Assembly (NCBI RefSeq): GCF_018977255.1
Contig: NW_024704743.1
Location: 93,250,001 to 93,314,000 of the forward strand
Direction of reading: 5' to 3'
DNA: 64,000 bases
Origin: Callorhinchus milii
Lineage: Eukaryota
Under the pieces are notes generated by a model. It was not told the DNA's origin. It made no database searches and worked only from the letters and a program-made list of their open reading frames with translations. The position numbers and the translations under genes are program-made. Position 1 is the stretch's first letter. Each line of letters begins with the position of its first letter. Positions 12,560 to 26,224 of this stretch are shown here, piece by piece.

Positions 12560-12860
12560 TAGTAATAATCCTTGCATTTGGTATAGCACCTTATCATGTC
12601 TTCGAGATGTCTCAAAGTGCTTCACAGAATATACTGTAAAGTGAATTGACTGTATATTTTGTGGGCAAAACACGGCAGCCAGTTGCACATAGCAGTGTCC
12701 CACAAACAGTCATGGATTTAGTGACCAATTTATTATCATTATTTTTTTTTGGAAGGAATTATTACCCCCAGAAAAGTGATCCGCCAATCAACTAAGAACC
12801 GGGTTCCTACTTACTGCTGGATAAACAGAGGTGTGTGAAGTAAGGAAACTTGCCCAACTT
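12560..12860 (-). mobile_element. Deu-SINE, long variant, 5'-truncated
   Basis: taataatccttgcatttg...cacagaatatactgtaaagtgaattgactg...cagtgtcccacaaacag...aaggaaacttgccc. Confidence 0.9.
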
Positions 12861-15214
12861 AATACTAATATACAGTATATTAAGTGAGTCTGTTTCAAAT
12901 CAAAATATTAATATACTATGTCATTCTGATTCAGGTCTACTTTGAATTTTTTCATTCCTTTTGTTCTACTGTTAGTGGCCAAGTGCTTAGTCACTATGTT
13001 CACAACTTTCTGTAACTCCTTCACCCTCAAAATCCCTTCACCTTGTGCCTTCCCTTTTGACTTTTAAAACCTTTTAAATCTATATCCATTTGACCATGCC
13101 ATTGCTCAACCCTCTCACATTCCCCTGTACTTTATTTTTGATTCAATGATGTTTGTTTTATTCTGAGAAAAACGTACAAACCTAATATCTATGTAGCAAT
13201 ATACACAGATACCAGTTCAATGATCCACTCTACTTCCTTTTCTGGTGATAGAAATAACATTTATGAAGGCCTGTTTGAGATCCCCTACCTTCCCACTCAA
13301 TACATTAGGATTTGCGCCTCGGTAATACCCATCAACATAGCCTGTTTGAATCTGACCACTGCAGCTGAGGGGCATTGTAAAACTTAGTGCATTAGAGCTA
13401 TAATTGATAGAGCAGAAAATGTTGTTGTTACCTAGGCAATGTAAGTCAAAAGCACTCGGTCGCGAATTTTAGTCAGAGAACATGAGAAAAATCAAAATTA
13501 AAATCTGGCAGACTTCAATTTGGCTAGGAATTTAACCGAAGTCATGATACTTCTCAGAGCAAATATTTTTCAACCATCGCTTCTGGCATGAAAGGCACAA
13601 TATCAAATGTAAAGATTATTATAATTGGTTTCTGATTAGTTAGAAAATGACTTGAAAAACTGGATTTTCTGCCATCCAAGACTTAGAACTTTAAGAATAG
13701 CAATGCTCATGTTATGGACACAGCAAAATCAGTACTTGATGTGATATTTAAGCATTAATTGTTCCACAATAATCCTTGCTGTCAGGTCTTTTCACAGTGC
13801 TCGTCAACTGCCCAGCAGGGGCAAAAAAAAACAACTGTAACATAATTTTATTTTGTTTCCTTAATGTCTACTTCTGATTTGGCTTGGAAATATTTTGGTT
13901 TAAACACTTGACTAATTGGAGAAACCAACTGTGAGAAGCTCACAGGGGAAGCTGCTGCATTGACACACACACAGTTGAAATGATACAAAAAATATATCCC
14001 TTGTATCATTCACCTGCAAGCCAGTTCAAGTAATTGTATTGTTAGCACTACTTTTTAGTATCTCTTGTGTAAAGAAATAGGAAGAAAAAGGATTTCTAAT
14101 TTGGTATGATATCATAACTTTTAAAAGGAGATGTGATAGTAAAGCTCATATTTAACTCTAGTTGATAGGTTAGAGTTAATTATTACAGGGACTATTTTTG
14201 GTATGGAAACTTTCTCTATAGTCCTGCAGAGTAGTTCTAATAATAATAATAAATAGAGTGCTTCAAAGTGCACCAAATAAAGGCAGAAATCAAACTAATT
14301 CAAGTTATAGGCCACTAGTTTCATAGATCACAGATAATAACCTCATGACCTCAGATCCTCTTGCAGTTTGAATAATGATCAATGCATTCTAAAATTATTT
14401 ATTCTCAGCTCAAACACAATCTCAGATATTTATACATATTTCTCCTGGTATACAGCAGGATTCTAGAATGTACATGTGATATTATAGGTAGACAGCGAGT
14501 TTTGATGAGTGATTTTGGTGCAGGGATGGTAACTAGTAATGATTTATTGTGGAGATATTCCTACAGCCTCTTCCTCTTGTTAGTTTGATTGTCCATCACC
14601 ATTAATATGGAAGCACTTTTATCTGATCAGTTGGTTGTGTGATTGCATGCTTGATCTAGCACATGTTGCTTTCCGTATTTCAAATGCAGTTTGTCTTGGG
14701 AAGCAGCTATGTTAGGGTGGCACCTCAATCTATGGTATGCCAGGTGCAGCCTACATTCCTAATTGAACCAGAGTTGTTCTCCGAACATGATGATGATGGG
14801 GGAATAATCTGCAGGAAGTTTCTATATTCAACCTGAAGCCATTAAACTTTATGGGATCTAGAGTAAATGTTGATGATTAACGTCAGTCATCTTTATCTGT
14901 ACTGGGGCAGCAACGTTTGTGATAGATCTGGCAAATGAAGTTATGCACCAACGTATCTAATCGTTCCTCGTGACTCATTTCTCCAAAACTGGGGAATCAA
15001 TGTTGTTGCTCTCTTCTGCATTATCTCCAGCCTCCTTATGTACTCCTGATGCGATCTGTCCAGATCTCTACACAGTACTCCAAGTGTGGTCTGATCAAAG
15101 GCTAGAAGTAGTGCAGCTTGAAAATATCTTCTGGTGATCTGAACTCAATTGATTTGGCAATGTACCCAGCATCCTGTTAGTATTGTTTATTCTTGCTTCA
15201 CACGTTTGCTTTAC

Positions 15215-15810
15215 CCCAGCAAGGTGAAATCTTGGGCAAGTTTCTTTACTCCACACGCCTGATAATAATCCCTCAAGAAAAAAAACAATAATAAATTGGT
15301 CACTTCAATCCACGACTGCTTGTGGGACACTGCTGTGCGCAATTGGCTGCCGCGTTTCGCCCACAAATATACGGTCAATTCACTTTACAGTCTATTCTGT
15401 GAAGTGCTTTGAGACATCGAGAAGCTATGAAAAGCGCTATATCAAATGCAAGGATTATCTTATCTTATCTCTGAGTCAGAAGGTTATGATTGAAAGCCTC
15501 ATTTCAGGTCTTTGAACTCATACTCAAGATTGGCGTTCGGTGGGGTTGGGGGGTGGAGGGGAGGGGTGGGAGAGGAGGTGGGAGGGCTGAGGATTGCTAC
15601 ATTGTCAGAGGTCCTATCCTTTGAATGACACGTTAAATTGAGGTTATTAAAGACCCTAATACTATTTGAAAAGTGATGAGTTTTCCCCAGTCCTGGCCCA
15701 ACAATCCCCTAGATAAAATTGGTCATTCACTTCATATTTGTTTGTGGAACATTCCTGTATATAAATTGTTTGTTGTGCTTGCATATTAGAAATAATCACT
15801 ACACTTAATT
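15215..15810 (+). mobile_element. Deu-SINE short variant (15215-15460) followed by an old Deu-SINE (15470-15810)
   Basis: cttgggcaagtttc...gtgggacactgctgtgcgcaattggctgcc...atcaaatgcaagg, then ctctgagtcagaaggtt...attgtcagagg...gtcctggcccaaca. Confidence 0.8.
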
Positions 15811-15924
15811 ACCACAAGGACAATTCAACGTGACAGTCTTATGAAAAAGGTATATCATCTGGTGATATTACTCAAGTACATTGTAGCCTTGGCACAATGA
15901 TTTGGTCCTGATTTAAATATTTAT

Positions 15925-16295
15925 TTCAAGATCCTCACACTCGTGTTCAAATCCATTCACTCCCTGGCACCTCCCTACCTACCCAATCCACCACCTGGTG
16001 CCTTCGCTCGACTGGCACCGGCCTACTGCTCGTCCCTCGCACACTCCGCCCCACCATCGGAGGCTGCGCTTTCATCCACTATGCCCCAAAGCTCTGGAAC
16101 ACTCTCCTCAATCCCTCCACCTTGGCCCCGTTCTCCCCTCTTTCAAGACCAGCCTGAAAACTTTCATCTTTGACCGTGCTTACGGCTACCTCCCACCTCC
16201 CCGCGCCTCGGAGTCAGGCTCTGCACTATTAAGAGCTCTGAGATGCTACCCTGCATGTAGAGCACTATATAAGTGTAAGTTGTTGTTGTTGTATT
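15925..16295 (+). mobile_element. L2 3' fragment
   Basis: FKSIHSLAPPYL...; tail agcactatataagtgtaag(ttg)n. Confidence 0.85.
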
Positions 16296-17069
16296 TATTG
16301 TAATGCTGAAAATCGTCAATCAAACAACATTGAAGAGGAATCCAACTGAATTAAATTGCTTTCCTCTAACCCTAAATAATCTGGTTCTTGGGTGGCAGAT
16401 TGGAGCAGGACCAGTAAAAGGACTATGAAAGATGGTGGCTGGGATTGAGCTAAAAGCTGCAGAGGCGAGTTATTGATTGCAATCTGGTGATAATTTTCAA
16501 ATGTTACCAAGTTTACCGCATTGCACAACTCAGCCCCTTAATGTGTATATATATGCTGCAAACACCACTGCAATGTGTGCAGTTTGAATCCCACTCTATT
16601 AAAAAGATATTGGGGGTACAGAGGATGCAGTGTAATGTGCAAGAATAATGCTAAAGGTGAGAAATGCACCTACATGGAAATCAATCTTTTTGTATCAAGT
16701 ATTTAACTTAAGTGCTCCAAGACACCATTCGACTTGAAGAGCGCTATATAAATTCAAGTTGTTGTTATTGTTGTAATTTTAGGATGTTAAATTTATTTGA
16801 GTTCAGTGAGTTTACTGACCTTTCTTATATAAACCGGAGTCAACCTTCAGTGCAAAGGTTGGATACTGTCACTCAATTCTGTCAAAGGTATTTCCCTCAT
16901 CAAAGGCTGTGTGTCAGATGCTGCTGATCCTGGAGACATGTATTTAATTGGGTTCATCTTAGTCCCCTGAATCTGGCAACTTTACACACCCATCCATCTG
17001 GAAAGGATGCCTCAAGTCTCAATATATTATGATTTTTAGCATCTGTTAGCTGTTACGCAGCCAGAAGAG

Positions 17070-17225
17070 GGGTGGAGGAGAGAGAGCGTATAACAGATTA
17101 AGCGAGAAAGCAGGAGAGCGAGAGAGAAAGCAAGAGAGCGAGAAAGAAAGCAAGAGCGTGAGATAGAAAGCAAGAGAGAAATCAAGAGCAAAAGCAAGAG
17201 AGAAAGCCAGAGAGAAAGAAAAAAT
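17070..17225 (+). repeat. Purine-rich degenerate minisatellite (agaaagcaagagagcg-like units)
   Basis: About seven imperfect copies of gaaagcaagag(agcg). Confidence 0.85.
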
Positions 17226-18099
17226 TTCTAAAATGTAAGGTGATTATTCTGGTTTATCAAGTTATTCAATAATTGGAAGGAAATTGGTAATGAAATTAGC
17301 TTTTAAGTGTTTTTGTGCTCAGGACAATGCATCCCATTGACTGTCTTCTGGCTGCAAATATTCTGAAAGAATATATAAATATTTCCTTTCTCTAATAAAG
17401 CCATCAGAATGACCAGCAGCTTCCTCCATAGAGTCGGAAAGCCATTAGTGCCTTTCTCCAAAAGTATATCTAAAAACTGGCACTCTACCATTTCGAAAAA
17501 AAATAATTTTTCAAAACATTATCGCTTGCCATTCTTTTCTAAAACTTAACGTAAAACCATCTGTCCTTCACAACATCCACCTGGTCCATGACAGTAAAAG
17601 CATTATAATAGTCCATTATAGGCTGCCATAAATGGTGCTCAAATGTTACTAAACAAAGCTCACTCACTGAGTCACAAATCAGGTAATATATGTGTAACAC
17701 AACTTTAGGGCATTAGCATTGAGAGTAACTGTTTCCTGTCCATCCAGATAATTTCTGCTAAATACTTAAGGAATCTCTCAATTTTAAACCATAAATTAGA
17801 CTCTAATGTTTAATATTGATAAGTATCAGTAATTTGTATTGATTTACAGTCATGTTGAAACAGAGTACCGTTCAAAGATTTTGATTTTTTTTATTTAAAA
17901 TTATAAACGCAGCCATATATCAAATGCAGAGGTTTTATTTTACCTGTGCAAAGATCATTTATGGCTTAGGAAAAAATAGGGAAAATGTTCCTATATAATT
18001 TGACCATATAAGAATCTATTCCTGGGCCTTTACCCCTCTGCAGGTTCTGATTCTTTGTATTATTCTATTGTTTGATGACCTTCTCCAATAATTCACCCC

Positions 18100-18785
18100 A
18101 TATCCATGGCTTCCCCCACATCCGTAACATCGCCCGGCTCCACCACTGTCTCAGACCACAGGCCCCCGAAACCCTCATACATGCATTCATAACATCCAAG
18201 CTTGACTATGCAAACTCCCTGTCTGTCGGCCTCCCCAACTCCTCCCTCCATAGGCTGCAAATTATCCAAAACTCTGCAGCCAGTGTCCTCTCCCACACCA
18301 GGCTCTGTGATCCCATCACCCCCATGCTCGCCCAACTCCAATGGCTTCCCATCACACAGAGGATAAAGTTCAAGATCCTGGTCCTGACCCTCAAAGCCCT
18401 CCATGGCCTTGCTCCCCCTACCTCTGTGACCTCCTAACCCCCCACCAACCTGTGCACTCCCTCCGCTCAGTGGGCTCTGGCCTGCTTCACGTCCCCTGCC
18501 TTGCCCGCCCCATCATTGCCGGGCGGGCTTTCAGCAACTCTGTCCCCACCCTCTGGAACTCTATCCTGCAGTCCCTCCACCTCAGCACCTCCCTTGCCTC
18601 CTTCAAGACCCATCTCAAGACCCACCTCTTCAACCGTGCCTTTGATCACCCTCCTTACACCCTGACCCTCCATCCTCCCCAATCCCGGCCCTCAGCTCAG
18701 GTCTGAAACACTGATTGTCCAGCGCTTTGGGACGTCCTCCCGATGTGAAGGGCACTATGCAAAGGTAATTTTGTTGTTATTGCTT
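18100..18785 (+). mobile_element. L2 3' fragment
   Basis: HIRNIARL...ETLIHAFITSKLDYANSL...WLPITQRIKFKILVL; stem-loop tail agcgctttgggacgtcctcccgatgtgaagggcact. Confidence 0.95.
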
Positions 18786-19589
18786 CTTATGTAATACAAA
18801 TGTTTGTTTTTACCAGTCTTCTTTCTCCCCTACTCCTGTGCTAAAGGGGCTGGAGTTCAGTTCTAAGTAGAATAGTGCCTTAACTGAATACCCACCTTTT
18901 AAAGTGTAGGTAGACAGGTTATTCAACAATGTGAAAACAATCACTGGGAAAATCCAATTCTTTATTCACCCCACTTTCACAAGCACAACAGTGAATGGTG
19001 ACCAGAAGTTGGAATTCTAGCTAAGTTCTCCCTCCCTAAATACCTGAGGCTAATTTAAGAAACCAAACTGCTGGCCCAGCTAAAATCAGCTTCTTCAATA
19101 TAGTGATTGTCAATCTAGCCTAAATCTTTCTGATTTGCATGACCAATGGTGTGTCCAATATCCTTTTATCACTTGGCCATTGTAGGGCCTATAATTTGAA
19201 TATTTTGAAAAACACATAATTTGATTCATTGTGTATGTAATGTTTGATTCATTGTGAAGTGTGGCAGAACAAAGTAGAAGCCTCCCTGGATTTTATATCA
19301 CAAAATGCAGTCTGTGTTGAACTTGGAACCTCAGATTGATGGTTACAAAGCTAGCAGCTTTCCAGCTTTAACCATTTCATTCCAATATCTTTCATTATGC
19401 AAGGAAGTGTGAACTCTGGTTACATTGTGATAAGGCGACCTACCGAGTACTTCACACCCATCATTAGGTTGAAATTTGCACCCATTAATAATCGTCGCCA
19501 GTCAAGTGGAATTATGGACATCATTTCACAAATTTATCAACAACAAAAACTTGCATTTATATGGCACCCCTCATGCAGGGCAGTGTCCC

Positions 19590-20312
19590 TTAGAGCAGAC
19601 AAGGTTATGGGGAGATTTAATAGAAATGTTCAAAATTGTGAGGGGTTTTGATAGAGTAGGTAGGGAGAAACTGTTTCCACTGGCAGGTGGGTCAGTAACT
19701 AGGGCACATAGATTTAAGGCAATTGGCAAAAGAACCAGAAGGGAGATGAGAAGAATTTGTTTTACACAGCGTGTTGTTACGGTCTGGAATGCACTGCCTG
19801 AAAGGTGGTGGAAACAGATTCAATAACAAGTTTCAAAAGGGAATTAGATAGGCACTTCAGAAGGAAATATTTGCAAGGATTTTAGGAAAGAGTGGGGAAG
19901 TGGGACTGATCAGGTAGCTCTTCCAAAGAGCAGCACAAGCACGACGGGCCAAATGATCTCCTTCTGTGCTCTAATAATAATGAACCTTGCATTTGATATA
20001 GAGCTTTTCACGTCTTCTAGACATCTCAAAGCACTTCACAGGATAGAATGTAAAGTGAATTGACTGTACATTTGTGGGTGAAATGTGGCAGCCAATTATG
20101 CCCAGCAGTGTCCCACAAACAGTCGTGGATTGAAGTGACCAATTTATTATTGTTTTTTCTTAAGGGATTATTATCAGGCGTGTGGAGTAAGGAAACTTGC
20201 CCAAGGTTTCACCCTGCTGGGAATTGAACCCAGGTCTCTCACTTGCAAGGTGAGTGCTATAACCACTGAGCTACAGGACTCACAGCAATATTCTAAGATT
20301 CTATGATTCTAT
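19590..20312 (+). mobile_element. CR1 3' end interrupted at its tail by a full-length Deu-SINE (19972-20282, minus strand)
   Basis: RLWGDLIEMFKIVRGFD...WNALPE. CR1 tail ttctgtgctc is broken by the SINE and resumes as ttctaagattctatgattctatg at ~20290. Confidence 0.9.
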
Positions 20313-20594
20313 GGTCATTGCGACATAAGGGGGCTGCTCAAACCTAGAGGTAGTGCAGAGGGAGCAACAGGATGATTAGAGAAATGAGCTATGAGCTGGG
20401 CCAACAGAAATTTGCGGAATTGTTTGCCAAAAATTGCAGGGCATTAAACAAATTTTGAGGACAATTGCGGAGAAATTTAGTACATGTTGCAGAAAATTGT
20501 GGAGGGTTGATTGGTGCTATTGAGGTACATTTTACTGCCAACGTACAGGAGCTCATCAACTCCTGCCTCTCAGGGCCAGGCACCATACACAGAC

Positions 20595-20925
20595 ATTGAG
20601 ACCCAGAGAGAAACACAGACTCAAAGAAACACACATTTTCACTGAGAGGTACACACACACACACACACACACACGCATAGACACAAAGAGATACACACAG
20701 AGACATACAGACAGAGGAGGGAGAGACACACATGCACATTCATACAGACACTCACAAACACATACAGAGGGGAGACATACTCACACAGATACACTCACAA
20801 ACACATAGAGAGACAGAGACACACATGCACACTCGCATAGAGACACTCACAAATACATATAGAGAGAGACACACACTCATATTGAGACACTCACAAACAA
20901 ATAAAGAGACAGAGAAACATACAAT
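20595..20925 (+). repeat. CA/GA-rich degenerate minisatellite
   Basis: (ca)n core plus recurring ~40-46-bp units containing agacactcacaaaca. Confidence 0.9.
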
Positions 20926-21526
20926 ATTTTAAAGGGGATTGGAAACATAAATTCAGAAAAATACTTTCAGACGCACCCAGACAGTTAAACAAGAGGACAT
21001 ACATTTAGAGTTGTAAAGGGCAATTTCAGAAGAAACTCCATAAAGTATTTTTTTATTCAGGGAATAATTATTGACTGGAAAAGGTTACCAGGAATTGTGG
21101 TTGAGGACAGGACGCTAGGACTTCTTTATCAAAACCAACTTGTGACCTTGTGAGATTGCATCTATTAGTTGCTGATATAACTGTTGGGGTGTCAGTGCCT
21201 GATTGTTAGCAATATCAAAGGGAATACATTACATTCCACTCAAAAAGATGTTGCCCTGCAGCTCAATGTTGTTTGTTACATCTTTATAATGATATAAGTT
21301 CACTCTAATTTGATGATTCTATTATTGTAAATCCAATTACTCATCTATTCTGTCACCGACCGCTTCCTCTGTGTTGAATGCATCCTTCAATTCTCACATT
21401 AACACACTTTAGTATCCAACTGTATTCATCTTGATATTTAGTTGTCTTTCTGTTTTCCATTTATTGCTCCTATGTGATGAAATCTATTGCATCTCAGGTA
21501 GAGTTTCAGCTGATGTTTCTGATGTT

Positions 21527-22180
21527 GTGGAGTCCTGTAGCTCAGTGGTTAGAGCACTCGCTTTGCAAGTGAGAGACCTGAGTTCAATTCCAGGCAGAGG
21601 GCGAAACCTTGGGCAAGTTTCCTTACTCCACACAGAGCCTAATAATAATCCCTCCAAAAACCAACAACAATAATAAATTGGTCATTTTCAATCTACGACT
21701 GTTTGTGGGACATTGCTGTGCGCAATTGGCTGCCGTGTTCGCCCACAAATATACAGTCAATTCACTTTACAGTGTGTTCTGTGAAGCGCTTTGGGATGTC
21801 CTCCTGACATGAAAAGCGCAATATCAAATGCAAGGATTATTATTATTATTATTACACAGTGGAGTCCTGAAGCTCAGTGATTAGAGCACTCGCCTCGCAA
21901 GCGAGAGAGACCTTGGTTCGATTCCAGTCAGGGCAAAATGTTAGACAAGTTTCCTTACTCCACACATCTCTGTTTACCTAGCGGTAAGTAGGAACCTGGT
22001 TGTTAGTCGATTGGCAGATCACTTTTCTGGGGGTAATAATTCCTTCAAAAAAAATCAGTCACTTCAATCCACGACTGTTTGTGGGACACTGCTGTGCAAA
22101 ATTGGCTGCTGCATTTCGCCCACAAATTATGCAGTCAATCCACTTTACAGTATATTCTGTGAAATGCTTTGAGACATTGC
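21527..22180 (+). mobile_element. Head-to-tail pair of tRNA-Ala-derived Deu-SINEs (short variant 21527-21853; long variant 21858-22180)
   Basis: A-box tagctcagtgg, anticodon loop ttTGCaa or ctCGCaa, B-box gttcaattcc or gttcgattcc; Deu-like core gtttgtgggacattgctgtgcgcaattggctgcc; L2-type tail with (att)n. Confidence 0.92.
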
Positions 22181-23494
22181 TTCAAGATTTTTATTAACTT
22201 TTAAAAGAAGTTTTATCATACTTTGAAATTAATTTAACAAGCAGCAGCACTCATATTGTAGAAAACGCATGTTAAAAACACAAGGGTACTCTGCAAAATC
22301 CTGATTATCACTACAGTTGATTTTGTTTTGAGTCTTCGTTCCTTAAAAAATGATTGCTAGAAATTCCTATTATATAATTCCAAGCAAATACGACAGTAAG
22401 AAACCTGAGTATAAGGTTAACTTTTACAGGGGGAAGGGAATTACATATTTCACATGTTTTTAATTTTAAATATGTATTTAAAAAAGGGAAAAAAGTTACA
22501 CTTGTGATGATTTTTTTGTACAACTGCAACTGCGTGATTCACAGAATGCTATGTGGGTGTGAAATATTATTATGTAAAAGAGTGGCACAAACAGACATTC
22601 AAGACAAATGTAAGTGGAAGTGTTGTAGTGTTTGGCTGTCACAAGTGTTTGGTTGATTCCATTGTACTGATCTGTTTCATGCTGCAATACTAATAGGTAG
22701 GCTGTTTGCAAAATATCGCTCTCAATCTCAAATTGTGTTGTAGGAATCCAGAACTCTATTGGTGATTAGTGCCCACCGGCCAGGCAATCAGAACATGTAG
22801 AACGCATGATTTGTCTTCTAATGTTCCCTAAATTAAGTGGGTGATTATGTTTAATGCATTTTCAGCCAGTTTCATTTTTTTATGTTAAATTTTTATAATG
22901 TCTCAGCAACGTACCATTAAGAACCATTAACTATTTAACGTCAACATCTCTGTAAATTTGTGCTGCTGCCGATAGCAGTTAAGTAGTACATATTTCCACC
23001 GCAAATGTATGACCTGAATATTCATTTGTTGAACATGAGATTGGTAAGGTTAATGCCAGCATGCTCAATTAACTGTAAAGAATACCATTCATTATACCAT
23101 TCACTGCTTTAATGCCACGGCTCCAGCTATCACCCCACATCCCAATAAAACGTCACTGAATTTCAAAGAGGAAACTCTTTAAATAGTTGAACTTCACAAG
23201 TAACATTTCAATGTCAAAAATCAAGAAAGGCAGCGCAAGCCTCTGAAGCTGGTGGGATTGTGTTGATTTTCGGAGAATTCATTTTTGCTTAACTTGGAAC
23301 CATCATATGGATTTAACTTGCATAATACGTGAAACACGTTCATTTGGAGGGCAACAGTTAATCATTAATAAATAGTTGGAGAATCAGAAAAATAGAATTT
23401 TTAATACAGAAGAAACCCATTGTATCATTGCTCGCACTCTATGTAATAGCTATCCGAACTATTTAGCCCCAATCTCCTTCCTTTTCCCCATAAG

Positions 23495-23840
23495 GATTCA
23501 CTCCGCCCCTATTAATGCTGTAAACCAATGCTATAATGGTCCTAGCTTCATATGTGGCAAGAAAGATTGCCAGACAGTGCTTTCATGGCATCTTTGCAGA
23601 TTCAGCTGAATAGACACCAGCAATACCTGAATGCACATTTGGGATCCCCAAGCCTTAGCTCTTGCCAGCACACGGGTAGTACACGCTGGAATTAGGTAAG
23701 CAGGATGTATTCCTCCACAGAGAGAGTGTGCATTCTATTCCAATAAATGGGAATTTCCATGTATGGATGGAATGCATGGAACTCTCAGTTTGGTTTGAAT
23801 ACTCTTAAGCATGGTGATGGGTTCCTGCAAGTGATAGACC
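23495..23840 (+). repeat. Unclassified ~400-bp repeat, copy 5
   Basis: ccccaagcctt, ggaattaggtaagcaggatg, ccaataaat, ctctcagtttggtttgaatactcttaagcatggtgatggg. Confidence 0.8.
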
Positions 23841-24269
23841 GAAAGAAAAATCACCATAGCCTTTTATACTTTTCATTTTTGAATGCTTTTCTGATTCTGT
23901 TTTAAAATCTATTATATATTTTGCTTCAATTACAATTTCGGATAGAGAATTGCACTCCAAATAACAACAACTTGCATTTATATAGTGCTTTTCAATGGAA
24001 TAGCTGTCTGTGTAAAACAAAATTAACTCTTCACTCCCTTTGTTTTTCGGAGTGATGATTTCTAATTAATGCTCTTTAGTGACCATGTCACTAACCAGTA
24101 AAACTGATATCCTACTAACCAGCTGTACAATGGCAAGTCCACAGGAGACCACCGATTGGTTACGGACCCAACAATTGAGATGGAGTCAGAGAGGAATAGG
24201 ATGTTCATATCCTTTATTTATCGACAGGACAGAATTTTAAACAATGTGTTAATCAAAACAATATAATAC

Positions 24270-25040
24270 TAATAATAATTATTACATTTGATGTAGCTCC
24301 TTGTCACATCTGCGAGACATCTCAAAGTGCTTCACAGAATATACTTGGGCAGAATATACAGGGCAAAACCTTGGGCAAGTTTCCTTACTCCATACGCCTA
24401 ATAATAATCCCTCCAAAAAACAAAAACAATAATAAATTGGTCATTTTCAATCCACGACTGTTTGTGGGACATTGCTGTGTGCAATTGGCTACTGCGTTTA
24501 CAGTCAGATAGAGCATTGCTTTCCAACTAAATATACAGTCAATTCACTTTACAGCATATTCTGTGAAGCGCTTTGAGACGTCTAGAAGACGTGAAAGGCG
24601 CTATGTAAAATACAAGGCTTATTATTATTATTATACTGTAAAGTTAATTGACTGTATATTTTGTGGGCAAAATGCAGCAGTCAATTGTGCACAGCAGTGT
24701 CCCACAAATAATCGTGGGTTGAGTGACCACATTTTTTTAAATTTAATATCAACAACAATTTGCAGTTATACAGTATCGTTCAGGTTGAGTAACATCTCAA
24801 GGCATTTTACAGAGACTGTGCCAAGTAAATTGACTGTATATTTTGTCAGCAAAATGTGTCAGCCAATTGCACACAGCAGTGTCCAACAAACGTGAATTAT
24901 TTATTATTTTTTGTAGGGCTTATTACACCCCGGAAAGCGATCCGCCAATCAACTGTCAGCCAAGTCCCTACTTACTCGAATCAAACCCAGGTCCTCTCGC
25001 TTGAGATCAAGCGCTCTAACCACTACGCTACAGGACTCCA
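24270..25040. mobile_element. Cluster of four Deu-SINE fragments in both orientations
   Basis: Minus 24270-24345, plus 24360-24635, minus 24635-24740, minus 24825-25040 (head ctaaccactacgctacaggactcc). Confidence 0.85.
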
Positions 25041-26224
25041 ATTCTACCCCATCCAATTTAGCTGAACAGAAGGGGTCAGCAAGAGAATGAGGCTGAAAAT
25101 GGTTGCAATGGTAGGGAATAATGAAAGCATGTTGAACCTGAGGGCAATGGACAAGCAAAGCTGAGTGCGGGTAATGATGTGAGCAGTTGAATTTGGATGA
25201 GCTGAAGATTTGGGATGATAGACCTGGGAAGGCTGACAAAGAAAGCATCAGAAAAGTCCAGCCCAGAGGTGATCAAGGCATGGATAAGAGTTTTAGATGC
25301 CTGAGCATGAGATAGAAATGGAGGCAGCCAATGCGTTAAAGATGAAACACATTTTCGGTGAGGAAAAAAATGTAAGGTCCAAATCCGTGACTGTGCAGCG
25401 TTTTGGGATGTCCTCCCAACTTAAAAGGCACTTTACAAATATAATTGTTGTTATTGTTGTTGTAAGGAAGAAAAGATATCTTATGCTCAAACAGAAAAAT
25501 GTCCCATCTCACAATTTCCTCACATATATCTTGTGTCAACATTTTGCAAAAAAAAGGTTAATCGCAATCAAAGTATGAAATCTTTGTGGTACTATAGCTT
25601 GTGCTGCATTGCTCTCTTTGCAATTAGTGAATGGTATGAATTACAAGTGAAGGCTCACAAAGTCTTTTGTACGGATTATTTTCTAAAGTCATGCCGTGGA
25701 ATGCAAAGAGAAAGACAGTTGTTTGGTGTTAAGTTTGTTGCTATGGCAATCAGTTCTGCACCAGTACAATGACCTACCATTGACAGTTCATTGAGAACAG
25801 AGATTAAATTGATGACAAGCAGCAGAAATAACTAGATTAGCCGTAATGATTTTTTTGAATGATTTTTGTGTGGGTAAATCCCCATGCCTGTATAATTAAT
25901 CTGCTAACGCAAAACCTTGAGTGGCGAGTGGAACTGAACTCCCCCACCACTACCGCAGTTTCAGAATAATGGTTTGTTCCTATTCTTAATGTCAAAGCAG
26001 TTGTTGCCTCAGGCACTGTGACAAAATTGGATGTGATGTTTAATGTTGATCTGGTCAAAACGTCCACAAGTAAATCTGGAATCTAGAGTCAATACCAGAG
26101 GGCAAAGGTGAAGCTGGCAATTGAGATTCAATTATTTTACACAGCGGGTGGTCTATAGATAACCTAGAGAGGGGACAGAGGTCCGAAATGTTCTGGCTCT
26201 CTTTATTCAGCACTTATTGTGTGG

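Noticed and set aside
14520..14930. Apparently unique GC-moderate segment (also ~18810-19190)
   Set aside because: These look like heavily decayed LINE and SINE remnants from memory of shark repeats, but are too degraded to call by eye.
15538..15590. G-quadruplex-like G-runs (also ~33100-33150)
   Set aside because: Low-complexity tracts inside TE copies, with no evidence of function.
17070..17225. Regularly spaced repeats as a CRISPR-like array
   Set aside because: Low-complexity units without unique spacers, in vertebrate DNA with no cas genes.
20389..20932. Cys/Val- and His/Thr-rich ORFs
   Set aside because: They are translations of CA/GA simple repeats.
21527..21605. tRNA-Ala-like sequence with A and B boxes
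   Set aside because: No proper acceptor stem, and it continues into the SINE body; it is a SINE head, as are the other copies.
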